Notes: generated by a model not told the origin, from the letters alone. Shown: positions 42,997 through 56,103, counted from the stretch's first letter. The stretch: DNA of 58,269 nucleotides from Candidatus Falkowbacteria bacterium RIFOXYA2_FULL_38_12 (GCA_001778095.1 MFGA01000002.1:48827-107095); one strand, 5' to 3'. Translations and numbers: made by a program.

Positions 42997-44262
42997 CTAA
43001 AGTAGTTTTGTTTGTTTATTCTCTTTTTTCTCGTCTTCACTGAAAAGACGGACTGTGCCATAAACCCCGTCGTAACCGGGCTCAATTTTGACCTTGCCTT
43101 CCCGATTTCTCCTTATTCCTTCAACAATTTCGGGCAAAGTAATTTTTGATAATTCGTTATAAGACAGGTCTAATAAAATCCTTAATTCACTGCCTCCCTT
43201 ACTTATTAAATTTTCATATTCGCGAACCGCCACTTTTGTTTTCTTACCGGCAACACCCAATGCTTCCGAAATAGTATTATCCAGACCGACTAAACTTTTG
43301 TAAGGAATAAAGTTTTTTGGTTTTGCCCCTAACGGACGATCGGCTAATTCATCAACTCTGTTCATCACTCCGATTGTCATCGGACGTTTGCAGACGGGGC
43401 AAATGTTTTTTTTCTTTTTTGTTTCTTCCGGAGACATTTTTATTTTACAAGCGCGGTGACCGTCAAAGTGATACATTCCTTCTTCCGGATAAAATTCAAT
43501 GGTATACAAAAATTTATTTTTATCTTTTTCTTTTAAGATTCTGCAAATCTCATCATAAAAATTTGAAACACTGTCATCTATTTCAAAAACATTTGCTTCT
43601 CTGCCGATTTTTTCCAAAGAATGCGCGTCGGAATTGGAAACTAAAACAACATTATCTAATTTTGATAATCGCCAATTCATTGCCGGATCAGAAGAAAGTC
43701 CTGTTTCTATTGCGTAAATATGCGGAGTCAGCTCATCAAAGCATTCCTCCAATGAATCAAAGCCTGATTTTGAACCAAAAACGGCAAACCACGGCGTCCA
43801 GGCATGCGCAGGAATGACCATGCACCTTTGATCAATTTCCAAAACTATTTTTAATAGCTCCTTGGCGTCCAATCCTAAAATGGGTCGGCCGTCCGAGGCT
43901 AGTTTTCCCAATGTCGCCAGTTTGTTATTGATTTTTTCGACCACTTCCATTGTCGGCGCAAAAATCACAAGGTGCAGTCTCCTTACTTTTCCTCCTTTGG
44001 AATAAATACAGCTGATTTCCGTTGATAGCAAAAAATAAACCGGCGATCCTTTATCCCCTGCCTTTAATTTATATAAACCATTGCCCGCCTCAACTAATTT
44101 CTCCCTCATTCCCGCGAACCATTTTGGATGCGTAAAATCAGCCGAAGAGATAATATCAATCCCCTTTCTTCGGCAACCTTCGGCAATATTTTCCAATTCC
44201 AATCTTGGCGAACACGCGCGGGAATATTTGGAATGGATGTGTAAGTCGGCGATGTAGCGCAT
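42997..44262 (-). CDS. Endonuclease Q (PHP-domain deaminated-base endonuclease; TIGR00375 family)
   Basis: ADLHIHSKYSRA, PAHAWTPW, SNSDAHSLEKIGREANVFE, the Zn-finger CPVCKRPMTIGVMNRVDEL and C-terminal PGYDGVYG all parallel the archaeal EndoQ sequence as I recall it. Confidence 0.8.
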   Translation of the reverse strand: MRYIADLHIHSKYSRACSPRLELENIAEGCRRKGIDIISSADFTHPKWFAGMREKLVEAGNGLYKLKAGDKGSPVYFLLSTEISCIYSKGGKVRRLHLVIFAPTMEVVEKINNKLATLGKLASDGRPILGLDAKELLKIVLEIDQRCMVIPAHAWTPWFAVFGSKSGFDSLEECFDELTPHIYAIETGLSSDPAMNWRLSKLDNVVLVSNSDAHSLEKIGREANVFEIDDSVSNFYDEICRILKEKDKNKFLYTIEFYPEEGMYHFDGHRACKIKMSPEETKKKKNICPVCKRPMTIGVMNRVDELADRPLGAKPKNFIPYKSLVGLDNTISEALGVAGKKTKVAVREYENLISKGGSELRILLDLSYNELSKITLPEIVEGIRRNREGKVKIEPGYDGVYGTVRLFSEDEKKENKQTKLL

Positions 44263-44273
44263 ATTATAAAATT

Positions 44274-45011
44274 TTACAAAAGCCCCTCAGCCAATCTCAA
44301 TTGCTCTTCAGTATTCACTCCCACTGCCTCTTTGGGATCGCGAATAACAAGAGTCCTTACTTCTTCGTTTTGCGAAATGGCCAGTTGCACCAAATCGGTT
44401 AAATAGTATTCTCCTTGAGCATTATTGCAATCTACTGATTTTAGATTTTTCCAAAGCCAATCGGTTTTAAAACAAAAAAACGACGGATTAACCTCGGTTA
44501 TTTTTAGTTGTTCGTCGGTGGCATCTTTTTTTTCTACTATTTCTTTTATTTTTCCATTCTCGTCACGAACAATCCTGCCCCAATCCTCAAAAGCTTTATG
44601 CCAACCATCAAAACTTGGCAATTGCACCGTCATCATTGATAATGTTGCCCCGCTTTGTTTATGTTCCGTCGCTAATTCGCTAATCGTTTTTGGCGTCAGT
44701 AGTGGATGGTCTCCATACAGAACTAGAATATCATCTACTCCGGGGAGATAGTCTTTTGTGCACGAAACCGCGTGGGCCGTCCCCAATTGCTCGGTTTGCA
44801 AAACATAATTACATCTTGTCCCCAAATATTTTTTAATAATTTCCGTGCCATAGCCAATTACAATAACCGGTTTATTCGTTATACCTGATTCCATAACCGA
44901 ATCAACGAGTCTTTCCAACATCGTTTTCCCATCTAATTCTTTTAAAACCTTTGGCAGTCCGCCCCCCATTCTTTTTCCCTTACCGGCAGCTAAAATAACA
45001 ACCTGCATCAT
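44274..45011 (-). CDS. Sugar-phosphate nucleotidyltransferase (GlmU N-terminal-domain-like; no acetyltransferase domain)
   Basis: LAAGKGKRM, QLGTAHAV and YGDHPLL motifs. The 245-aa length covers only the pyrophosphorylase domain. Confidence 0.75.
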   Translation of the reverse strand: MMQVVILAAGKGKRMGGGLPKVLKELDGKTMLERLVDSVMESGITNKPVIVIGYGTEIIKKYLGTRCNYVLQTEQLGTAHAVSCTKDYLPGVDDILVLYGDHPLLTPKTISELATEHKQSGATLSMMTVQLPSFDGWHKAFEDWGRIVRDENGKIKEIVEKKDATDEQLKITEVNPSFFCFKTDWLWKNLKSVDCNNAQGEYYLTDLVQLAISQNEEVRTLVIRDPKEAVGVNTEEQLRLAEGLL

Positions 45012-45095
45012 AATTTTTAAAATAAAGAATTATTGCCCCCCATTATACTATAATAACAATTTTAACCAGACTTGTCCTCTAACTAAAAAGAGTAA

Positions 45096-45124
45096 AGAAA
45101 AACCCGCTCTTTTAAGAAGCGGGA
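45096..45124 (-). terminator. Intrinsic terminator downstream of 5S rRNA
   Basis: The minus sense reads cccgct-tcttaaaag-agcggg followed by tttttc. Confidence 0.65.
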
Positions 45125-45151
45125 GTTCTTTTAGATCTTCGTGAAACACAA

Positions 45152-45261
45152 GGTGCTGGCGATGACCTACTTTCCCATTAAAGTATCATCGGCGCTGACT
45201 GGTTTTACTTCTGAGTTCGGGATGGGATCAGGTAGTTCCCAGCCGCCAGAATCACCAGCAC
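45152..45261 (-). rRNA. rrf: 5S ribosomal RNA
   Basis: The minus sense contains ...CCTGATCCCATCCCGAACTCAGAAGT...GGGAAAGTAGGTCATCGCCAGC. Helix I is gctggtgat/atcgccagc. It is flanked by a processing stem gtgaaacaca (45141-45150) / tgtgtttcac (45264-45273). Confidence 0.9.
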
Positions 45262-45348
45262 TCTGTGTTTCACTGAGGTTGTCTCCACCACGGACAAGTT
45301 CCGTGGTGGTTTTTTATCAATATAAAAGATTATTTTAACAATTCTTGT

Positions 45349-48604
<3,256 letters not shown>

Positions 48605-48911
48605 ACAAGAATTATTAAAATATAATTCTTGATTCTATGCTTATTATTTATCTTGGTGTACAAGATGCTCTTTTCTAAGTTGTTAATGAACAATTTATTT
48701 TTTGATACTCGCCTCTCTTTTCCCAAAAGAGGCGGGAGCAAAAAATAATTTTATTTTTTCACAAGGAACTTCACGATTTCAATATTATTAAAAAAACCGC
48801 TCTTCTAAAGCGGCTCAAAAATCATTAGCAAAGGTTTAGCCACTCTTGAATTTAAGTCTCAACATTTTTTGTAACATATCCCCCTTAAAAATAAATAATC
48901 TTCACTGCTAT

Positions 48912-48940
48912 ATATTAAAGTATTTCTCTTTTTTATTCAA
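48912..48940 (-). promoter_or_regulatory. Sigma70-like promoter upstream of the 23S-5S operon
   Basis: Minus sense: TTGAAT, 17-nt spacer, TAATAT. It lies about 300 nt upstream of the mature 23S 5' end. Confidence 0.4.
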
Positions 48941-49056
48941 GCCCCCAAGTGGGGACAAAGTGTAGATAAACCTACCTTATTTTTCTTTCATTATTATCCT
49001 ACCCTACTCCTTAAAAGATGTCAAGAAAATTTATTTTAGCTCGTATTTTCCTTATT

Positions 49057-49887
49057 TTAAAGGCAATTCTTCGCCTTTCGCCAGCCGGCTACTATTGCCT
49101 CTTCCTCGGAGCAAAACCATCGCTCACCCTTTGATTCATCAATGACTGTCTTGTTGTAACTTTCGCAACCCGGTAAATGATAAATTTTTTCACTGCTAAT
49201 GTTCCCTTTTATCTCGCAACCTGCCGGGGCGCTCAAGTCGGCCACTACATTTAAATCGGTGGAAACAGACGTAGATAAACCGGCGCAAGTGTCATCCGCC
49301 CAAAGACCAAGTTTATTTTCCCTGGCATATTTTTCCGCTTCATTAAATTCCGCTTGATATTTGTAGGGAAGATTATAGGTATATTCGTGGGCGTAGCCTT
49401 GTTCTATCATCAATTTATTAAAACTTTCGCCGTCGCCAAAAAACACATATCGCAACAAACGATTGTAAGAATCCCTTTCTCCCTGTGTCGGATCTGCTTC
49501 CAATCGGACACTTTTTCCAGTTAATAATTCTTTGGCTTTATTGGACGCTTCTATGCCAAAACATTGCACCGGTTTTCGCGGATCAACCGTTTCCGGCGTA
49601 TCAATGCCGATCAGACGCAAAGTTTCAACCGTTCCGTTAATATTTATCTTGATTGTGTCGCCATCAACAACAGTTGAAACTAAAAAAAGATCTGCCATCG
49701 GAGCAATGGACGATTTGTCTATATCTAAATTTTCAATCTCACCAACTAGTATGTCTCTTTTTGCTTCTTCTGTCGTCGCTTCATTTTCCGCCGGAGGAGG
49801 GTTGGTAATAACAATTTTACGGCTTGCGCAACCGGATAACAAAAAAATTATGGCGGAAAAAACTGCGAGGTAAAATATTTTTTTCAT
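49057..49887 (-). CDS. Secreted thermonuclease (SNase-like) lipoprotein with a C-terminal Cys-containing domain
   Basis: Lipobox LLSGC. The SNase blocks VVDGDTIKI...RLIGIDTPE...GERDSYNRLLRYV...YAHEY are present. The C-terminal IKGNIS..KIYHLPGC..Y...GERWFCSEEEA..AGWR module is as found on other bacterial nucleases. Confidence 0.85.
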   Translation of the reverse strand: MKKIFYLAVFSAIIFLLSGCASRKIVITNPPPAENEATTEEAKRDILVGEIENLDIDKSSIAPMADLFLVSTVVDGDTIKININGTVETLRLIGIDTPETVDPRKPVQCFGIEASNKAKELLTGKSVRLEADPTQGERDSYNRLLRYVFFGDGESFNKLMIEQGYAHEYTYNLPYKYQAEFNEAEKYARENKLGLWADDTCAGLSTSVSTDLNVVADLSAPAGCEIKGNISSEKIYHLPGCESYNKTVIDESKGERWFCSEEEAIVAGWRKAKNCL

Positions 49888-49905
49888 AACTAAAATAAAA
49901 ATCTT

Positions 49906-50478
49906 TTACAGCAAGCTTTTGGCTGTAAATGGAATCAAATCATCCTTGGTTAAAAGCCGAGTAGAACTTGCGCAAGCAGTGAGAGCAATGGATGGCTTAA
50001 AAGAAAAACCAATATATTCTATTGCCCGACCAAGATGTTTTACCTTTTTGATAGCTGGTATTAAATCCGTATCGGAAGAAATTAAAATAGCAGTATCGTA
50101 CAAATTATCATAAGCGCCTACCAATAAATCAACTGTCAACTTTACGTCCACGCCCTTTTCGTGATAAACCCCGCAATTGTTCATCATATAGCCACGCTTG
50201 ATCACAAAATTTTGTGCCGAAGAACTTAAATGCGCAAATAATTTTTGTTGCTCTTTTCTTAACCGCTGTCCTTTCTCATTGTTTTCTTCCGCACGGACAA
50301 CTCCGACATAGTATCTGCACGATATTATTTCACGTCCAACCGCTAACCACTCGGCCAAACCGCGAAAATCAAAATTAGTTAAATTTTCCATTTGTAATTC
50401 AGTGGCCTTCAGTTTGTGATAAAAATTACTCCCATCAATATAAACCGCAACTCGCTTTGAAGATAAATGATTCTTCAT
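49906..50478 (-). CDS. NYN (LabA-like, PIN-fold) domain protein
   Basis: VAVYIDGSNFY, EKGVDVKLTVD and ILISSDTDLIP motifs. Confidence 0.8.
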   Translation of the reverse strand: MKNHLSSKRVAVYIDGSNFYHKLKATELQMENLTNFDFRGLAEWLAVGREIISCRYYVGVVRAEENNEKGQRLRKEQQKLFAHLSSSAQNFVIKRGYMMNNCGVYHEKGVDVKLTVDLLVGAYDNLYDTAILISSDTDLIPAIKKVKHLGRAIEYIGFSFKPSIALTACASSTRLLTKDDLIPFTAKSLL

Positions 50479-50496
50479 AAATTTTATTATATAATG

Positions 50497-50540
50497 AAAA
50501 ACCCGCCGTATGACCTTACGGCCATAGAGCGGGCGTTTTT
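50497..50540 (-). terminator. Long GC hairpin plus U-run (minus sense) between the NDT-like gene and the NYN gene
   Basis: Minus sense: cccgc-tc-tatggcc-gtaa-ggtcata-cg-gcggg followed by ttttt. Confidence 0.55.
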
Positions 50541-50709
50541 AGCTAGATATAATATAGCATACCGACTCTTGATTGTCAAAAAAATGCTTGGCAAAAAATT
50601 ACCCATAAACTTTTATTTTTTTAAGCTTTCATCAATTTCCCGCCGATGAAAAAATTCCACGCGACTTCCAACACGCCACCAAAATATTGAGCGACAGCCT
50701 TCTCTGCAA

Positions 50710-51075
50710 TTAAATTTTTCTATTCAATATTTGATCTAACTCATCAATCAAATCTTTGTCGTCCTTATATTCAATAATATTATTACATACTAATTTCAAT
50801 GATCCTGACATTTTAGCTCCCTTTTGATAAACACAAATAATCGATCGTCCAAAAGAATCCGCCCAACCAAGCTCAATCCCCAAACCGGTAGAAGGAAAGG
50901 AAACTTCTGCAATCATTATGTCGCATGTTTTTATGATGTCTTTTGTGGAGAAGGCATTCTCGCTTTCGTGGGGAAAAATTATTTCGTGCTCGGAATTAAG
51001 CTTGCTTTCCCTGATGGTACAATATAATTCTTCTTTAAAATTTAACTTTTTTGAATGGCCAAAATATATTTTCAT
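50710..51075 (-). CDS. Nucleoside 2-deoxyribosyltransferase-like protein
   Basis: The start is moved to MKIYFGHS (51075), because the longer ORF reads through tRNA-Leu. IAEVSFPSTGLGIELGWA resembles the catalytic-Glu region of the NDT/Rcl family, from memory. Confidence 0.5.
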   Translation of the reverse strand: MKIYFGHSKKLNFKEELYCTIRESKLNSEHEIIFPHESENAFSTKDIIKTCDIMIAEVSFPSTGLGIELGWADSFGRSIICVYQKGAKMSGSLKLVCNNIIEYKDDKDLIDELDQILNRKI

Positions 51076-51090
51076 ATTTTTATTTCTAAA

Positions 51091-51174
51091 TGCCCGAGGG
51101 GAGACTCGAACTCCCAAGACCTTGCGGTCACCAGCTCCTAAGGCTGGCGCGTCTGCCAATTTCGCCACCCGGGC
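51091..51174 (-). tRNA. tRNA-Leu (anticodon UAG), long variable arm, no encoded CCA
   Basis: Acceptor GCCCGGG/CCTCGGGC, anticodon stem-loop ccagc-CTTAGGA-gctgg. Confidence 0.9.
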
Positions 51175-51326
51175 ATGTTTCTCTTTTTTGTTTGATTTGC
51201 TAAAATTAGATAAGCGTCAATGCTTTCATTCTAATTTATTTATAATTAAAAATCAATTAAGCTTATCTTAAAATTTTCTTTAGTAGCTAAATACAAAAAT
51301 TTGAGATGGGCTATTGTAGGAGGACT

Positions 51327-54300
51327 ATGAAATCGAACTTTTTTCGCTCTCTTGTTATTTTTATTCTAGTGGCAGGAGATTTTTTATTTTTGGGACAATT
51401 TGCAAACGCGGAAACAGCTGATCATCTGGTGATTAGCGAGGTGCAAGTAGCCGGCACCACGATTGATGATGAATTTATTGAAATTTATAATCCAACCGAA
51501 ACGACCATGGATATAAGTACTTGGTCTATCCAATATAAAGGAGCTACGGGCTTAACTTTTAAAAAGAAAAATTTTCCAGTAGGAGCAAGTGTTCCCGCAC
51601 ACGGCTGGTACTTAATTGCCCACGACGATTTTTCTGGGGCAACAACTCCAGACATGAAACAAAGTACTATTTCAATGTCAAGTTCAGTTCCTGGTGGCGG
51701 GCACGTCTTCTTGGTTAATAATCAGATTTTCCTCATTTCACCTACTGGCTCATCTATTGTTGATAAATTAGGCTACGGCCTAGCTGATTTTCCAGAAGGT
51801 ACCGCCGCCCTAGTCCCTTCCTCTCCAAATAAAAGCATGGAGCGTGAACCCGGCGGAGATCTTGGCAATGGCGAAGATACTGATAATAATTCAGCTGATT
51901 TTCAGATACAACCGATTCCCAATCCACAAAATTCTTCCAGCCCGCCAAAACCTGATATAATCATACCTCCGCCCGGTCCGACTTGCGGAGATAGTCTTTG
52001 CGAAGATAGGGAAAGCACACTAACTTGTCCCGCCGATTGTCCTACCCTGCCTCCCGCTCCGGTTTGTGGAAATGATACTTGCGAGGATAGCGAAGATGAA
52101 TTAATTTGTCCCGCCGACTGTGCTCTTCCTTCCGCGCTTCCCATTGAACCAACTATTGGTGAAATTATTATTAACGAATTCGTGGCCGACCCAGCCGAAG
52201 GGAATGAGTGGGTTGAACTTTACAATAAAACTACTTCTCTAATAAACCTAGATGGATGTACGTTGGAAGACGGAGTCGGAACTATTGCCACTCTTTCGGG
52301 AACAATCACGGCAAGCGGCGCGGAAAAATTTAAAATTATTGAACTTTCCTCAAGCAAGTTGAATAACGCCGGCGATATTATTACATTAAAAAAATCCGAC
52401 GGAAAAATTATTGATCAAGTTTCCTATGGAAATTGGGACGACGGAAATATTGATAACAATGCGCCAAAAGCCGACGACCCAAATTCTGTCGCGAGAATTG
52501 TTGATGGCGGAGATTCTGATAATAATGCAACTGACTTTGCGACAACTACAACTTTAACAAAAAATTCATCAAATATTATTACCGCGCCGGAGGAAGAAGA
52601 TGCTCCATCCGGCGGAGGAACTAGCCTCCCTGCCACACCATCTTCCCCGCCATCTTGGCCGGTCGGTTCTCTTCTCGTCAACGAATTTGTCGCCGATCCG
52701 GATGACGGAGGAAGCGAGTGGATTGAACTTTACAATCCAACTTTAAACCCAATAAATTTAACTGATTGGACGATTGAAGACGGCGGAGAAACTGTCACAA
52801 AACTTTCCGGATCTGTTTCATCTCTAATTTTTTATGTCATTGAAAAACCTAAAGGACTTTTGAATAATTCAGGAGATATTATTATTCTAAAAGATCCCGC
52901 CGGACTTGTTATTGACGATGTCGCTTATGGCGATTGGAGCGATGGAGATGAATCTGATAACGCCCCGAAGGCCGATGATCCAAATTCCGTTGCCAGAAAA
53001 AAAGACGGACAAGACACCAATAACGACTTTAACGATTTTATCGAAAGTACGCCCACAAAAGGAACCGCCAACATCGGCGGGCAGTTTTCCGGTGGAGGAA
53101 ACTTCGCCGAATTTATTGATAAAATTATTATCAACGAAATTTTTCCCAATCCCAAGGGGGACGACAACGATAACGAATTTATTGAACTAAAAAATATCAG
53201 TAGTAAAGATGTTGATTTAAAAGATTGGAAAATCGGAGACGCGAGCGCTAAAAGATACACCGTAAAATCGTCAGATTTTTCCGATACTAAAATAAAGGCA
53301 AATAGATTTTTTGTTTTAAGAAGAAAAATCACCGGCATTGCTCTAAATAACACTGGTCGAGAAACTGTAAAAATATTTGCTCCCGACAACAGCTCAATTA
53401 ACTCTGTCGAATTTCTCGGTCCGGCGGGAGAAGACGAATCTTGGGCTAAAGAAAAAGAAGAATGGTTTTGGACAACAACCCTTACTCCAGGCAAAGAAAA
53501 TATTATTACAAAAACAAATAAATTGCCGACCGCGGTCATTTCTTCCCCGGAAGAAGCAACCGTCGGCGAAGAAATATTTTTTGATGGATCTGATTCGTAC
53601 GACGAAGATGGCGAGATTGTTTCATATCTCTGGGATTTTGGCGATGGAGGCGTGGCTGACGGATCCAATATGACGCATATATTTAATGCCAAAGGAAATT
53701 TCAAAATTATTCTAACCGTCAAAGATAATAATGGAGAGACAAATTTAGCTGAAATATTTATTAATATTTTTGATGAAAATGTTACGGAAGAAGTTTTGGT
53801 AAATGGCAATGACGGCGGGTCAATAATAATCAACGAGGCTCTGCCCAATCCGGAAGGATCGGATAACGAGGAATGGATTGAACTTTACAATTTGAGCAAT
53901 GAAGATTTTAATCTCTCCGGCTGGCAGTTGGACGACGACGAAGGCGGAAGTAAACCCTACAAAATTCCGTCCGGAACTATTATCAAGGCCAATGACTTTT
54001 TAGTTTTGGAAAAAGAAAAAACAAAGTTAGCTTTAAATAATACTTTTGATGCCGTTCGTCTAATTAACCCCGCGGGAGAAATAATTTTTGAAACAAATTA
54101 TGATGAAGTTCCGGAAAACGCCTCTTGGGCAAGAGATGAAAATAATAATTGGCAATGGACAAACGCTTTAACTCCGGGAGAGAAAAATATCTTTGCTTTT
54201 TCGGAAAAAGCAACAAAAACAACTGTCAAAAAAACTGCTTCAAGGAAAAAAATCGTTCAATTTTCTCCGGCTACTCTTCTGACTATCAGAGAATATGATT

Positions 54301-54977
54301 TGGGAGACAGCGTGATCGTCCAAGGTCAAGTTATCGCTCCGCCCGGGCTTTTGGGTAGCCAAATTTTTTATATCGCAAGCGAAGAAAGTTGCCCGGGCAT
54401 TCAAGTTTATATGTACAAAAAAGATTTTCCCGTTTTAAAACTGGGCGATTTAGTCCAAGTCTCCGGGGTTCTATCTGAAACCGGTGGCGAACGAAGAATA
54501 AAAGTGGCGGAAAAGACAGATATAAAATTATTGGAATCAAGAGAACCACTTCTCCCAAAACCGATTCAAACCGGCGATGTTGAAGAAGATTTGGAGGGAT
54601 GTCTAATTATTGCTTCCGCCAAAATTATTGAAAAAGACAGTAGTAATCTCTTTCTTGACGACGACACCGGTGAACTGAAAGCTTATCTCAAGGCAATCAC
54701 AAAACCAAAATTAGCTATCAATGATTCCGTAGAAGCTGTGGGTATTGTGAGCGAAACAAAAACCGGCTTTAGGCTTTTGCCGAGATATGATAGCGACCTA
54801 AAACTTATTACTCCGGCTATAGGCGAAACTTCAATAAGCGTCCCCGCCAAAGATAAGTCTGGCGACATAAACGCTTTCTTGGGAGTCGCGACCGGCATTC
54901 TTGGATTAACTACTCTTGGCCTCTCCATAAAATCAGGGGTTTTCGCCAATTGGTGGAAGAAAAATAAGGGGGTCTAA
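51327..54977 (+). CDS. Giant surface protein with five lamin-tail domains, two Cys-knot-like linkers, a PKD domain and a C-terminal TM anchor
   Basis: The start is set at the ATG at 51327, with AGGAGG 4 nt upstream. The LTD signature (I[IS/N]E...DEFIELYN...) recurs five times. The PKD block is FDGSDSYDEDGEIVSYLWDFGDGG. The linker CG(D/N)xxCEDxExxLxCPADC occurs twice. The C-terminal hydrophobic segment is ILGLTTLGLSI. Confidence 0.8.
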   Translation: MKSNFFRSLVIFILVAGDFLFLGQFANAETADHLVISEVQVAGTTIDDEFIEIYNPTETTMDISTWSIQYKGATGLTFKKKNFPVGASVPAHGWYLIAHDDFSGATTPDMKQSTISMSSSVPGGGHVFLVNNQIFLISPTGSSIVDKLGYGLADFPEGTAALVPSSPNKSMEREPGGDLGNGEDTDNNSADFQIQPIPNPQNSSSPPKPDIIIPPPGPTCGDSLCEDRESTLTCPADCPTLPPAPVCGNDTCEDSEDELICPADCALPSALPIEPTIGEIIINEFVADPAEGNEWVELYNKTTSLINLDGCTLEDGVGTIATLSGTITASGAEKFKIIELSSSKLNNAGDIITLKKSDGKIIDQVSYGNWDDGNIDNNAPKADDPNSVARIVDGGDSDNNATDFATTTTLTKNSSNIITAPEEEDAPSGGGTSLPATPSSPPSWPVGSLLVNEFVADPDDGGSEWIELYNPTLNPINLTDWTIEDGGETVTKLSGSVSSLIFYVIEKPKGLLNNSGDIIILKDPAGLVIDDVAYGDWSDGDESDNAPKADDPNSVARKKDGQDTNNDFNDFIESTPTKGTANIGGQFSGGGNFAEFIDKIIINEIFPNPKGDDNDNEFIELKNISSKDVDLKDWKIGDASAKRYTVKSSDFSDTKIKANRFFVLRRKITGIALNNTGRETVKIFAPDNSSINSVEFLGPAGEDESWAKEKEEWFWTTTLTPGKENIITKTNKLPTAVISSPEEATVGEEIFFDGSDSYDEDGEIVSYLWDFGDGGVADGSNMTHIFNAKGNFKIILTVKDNNGETNLAEIFINIFDENVTEEVLVNGNDGGSIIINEALPNPEGSDNEEWIELYNLSNEDFNLSGWQLDDDEGGSKPYKIPSGTIIKANDFLVLEKEKTKLALNNTFDAVRLINPAGEIIFETNYDEVPENASWARDENNNWQWTNALTPGEKNIFAFSEKATKTTVKKTASRKKIVQFSPATLLTIREYDLGDSVIVQGQVIAPPGLLGSQIFYIASEESCPGIQVYMYKKDFPVLKLGDLVQVSGVLSETGGERRIKVAEKTDIKLLESREPLLPKPIQTGDVEEDLEGCLIIASAKIIEKDSSNLFLDDDTGELKAYLKAITKPKLAINDSVEAVGIVSETKTGFRLLPRYDSDLKLITPAIGETSISVPAKDKSGDINAFLGVATGILGLTTLGLSIKSGVFANWWKKNKGV

Positions 54978-55039
54978 GCTTTCCCTTCCCATCCTTTTTG
55001 TTGTATAATACCGTAATAAATGAAATTAACTTCAAAAAT

Positions 55040-55858
55040 ATGTGGGAAAGAAAAAAATCTGAAAATAACAACGAAGATCAACAAGCAAAAAATGCTTGGC
55101 TCCTTATTATTGGAGTTTTTATTGTTATTCTGGCCGTTCTATTTTTCGGCAGAGCTTATTGGCAAAAACAGGAGGCTTCGTTTATTGACGAAAAGCAACT
55201 TTTTGAGCAAATCAGCGACATTAAAGGACAAATTGCCCAATTGCAAGAAAATCTCTCTGAAAAAGTAGAAAAACCAAAAGAAATAGAAAGGGCTTTAATA
55301 AAAGCAGAAGCTGCGCTAACGACAATTGATTGTGATGAACAAGCAAATTTTGAACTACCGGATAAAACAGTAACTTTTTTGAACCAGGATTGGGGGATCT
55401 CTCTTGATATCCCATATAATGAAAAATGGGGAAGCACTAGCTATAAGCTTAACTCGTACGACATTGATATGTATAAAAATGGCGCTATTTTTTTTGGACC
55501 GATGATAATTCATAAACCAGGACTTGAACCCAATTCTTGCGGTTGGTTAAGACAATATTTATTTCAAATGACTGAACGACTCACCTTGGATGAAGAATTG
55601 TCAAAAATTAAAAAATTTACCAAACCATTATCACCCCCGGAGAAAAAAACATTCAACGACCTGACAATAATCGAATATACCGTGACCGAACCGATCGTTG
55701 TTGGTCAAGACAAACCTCTCGCAACCATACAGACTTTAATAGTGCTAGGAAAAGATGCCAATTATATTCTCTCCAAGGAGATGATGCCACAAGATAGCTC
55801 CACGCTAAATTTTGAAGTACTAGAGAATATTATAAAAAGTTTCAAATTTTTAGAATAA
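55040..55858 (+). CDS. Hypothetical membrane-anchored protein
   Basis: The start is set at the ATG at 55040, downstream of a TATAAT at 55004-55009. It has one TM segment (AWLLIIGVFIVILAVLFF) and no recognisable family. Confidence 0.55.
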   Translation: MWERKKSENNNEDQQAKNAWLLIIGVFIVILAVLFFGRAYWQKQEASFIDEKQLFEQISDIKGQIAQLQENLSEKVEKPKEIERALIKAEAALTTIDCDEQANFELPDKTVTFLNQDWGISLDIPYNEKWGSTSYKLNSYDIDMYKNGAIFFGPMIIHKPGLEPNSCGWLRQYLFQMTERLTLDEELSKIKKFTKPLSPPEKKTFNDLTIIEYTVTEPIVVGQDKPLATIQTLIVLGKDANYILSKEMMPQDSSTLNFEVLENIIKSFKFLE

Positions 55859-55950
55859 ATATTTTCCTTAAGAAAAAAGGTTAAAACTACTTCCAATTGA
55901 CATTAGCTTGGGGTATTGATATATTCTAATAATGAAATTCCGGGCAGAAA

Positions 55951-56022
55951 GCGGGCGTCGTATAGTGGCTATTATGCGTCCTTGCCAAGGACGAGACGGC
56001 AGTTCGATTCTGCTCACCCGCT
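55951..56022 (+). tRNA. tRNA-Gly (anticodon GCC), no encoded CCA
   Basis: Acceptor GCGGGCG/C(T)CACCCGC, anticodon stem-loop cgtcc-TTGCCAA-ggacg, T-arm ggcagTTCGATTctgct. It is flanked by the inverted repeat attccgggca/tgtccggaat. Confidence 0.9.
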
Positions 56023-56103
56023 TTTTGTCCGGAATTATAGTTTCACAAAGAGACCGCTCGGTCTTTTTTTGTTATAATAAAGTTGCATTAGCGTCAAAGA
56101 AAT

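Noticed and set aside
45285-45315. Plus-strand intrinsic terminator (ccaccacgg...ccgtggtgg followed by tttttt) in the 5S-23S spacer
   Set aside because: No plus-strand transcription unit ends here. In the rRNA (minus) sense it is simply a spacer hairpin preceded by an A-run.
48666-48680. boxA-like antitermination sequence (tgctcttttctaa) in the 23S upstream region
   Set aside because: It lies on the plus strand, whereas the rRNA operon is transcribed on the minus strand. It is likely a chance match.
51076-51168. N-terminal 31 codons of ORF 50710-51168
   Set aside because: This part reads through tRNA-Leu(UAG) (MAKLADAPALGAGDRKVLGVRVSP is the tRNA translated). The gene starts at the internal ATG at 51075.
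52925-53848. 307-aa minus-strand ORF (and similarly 8550-9197(+), 215 aa)
   Set aside because: They are antisense to much longer, domain-bearing genes. Their low-complexity Ser/Leu/Phe-rich products are typical of antisense frames in AT-rich repeats.
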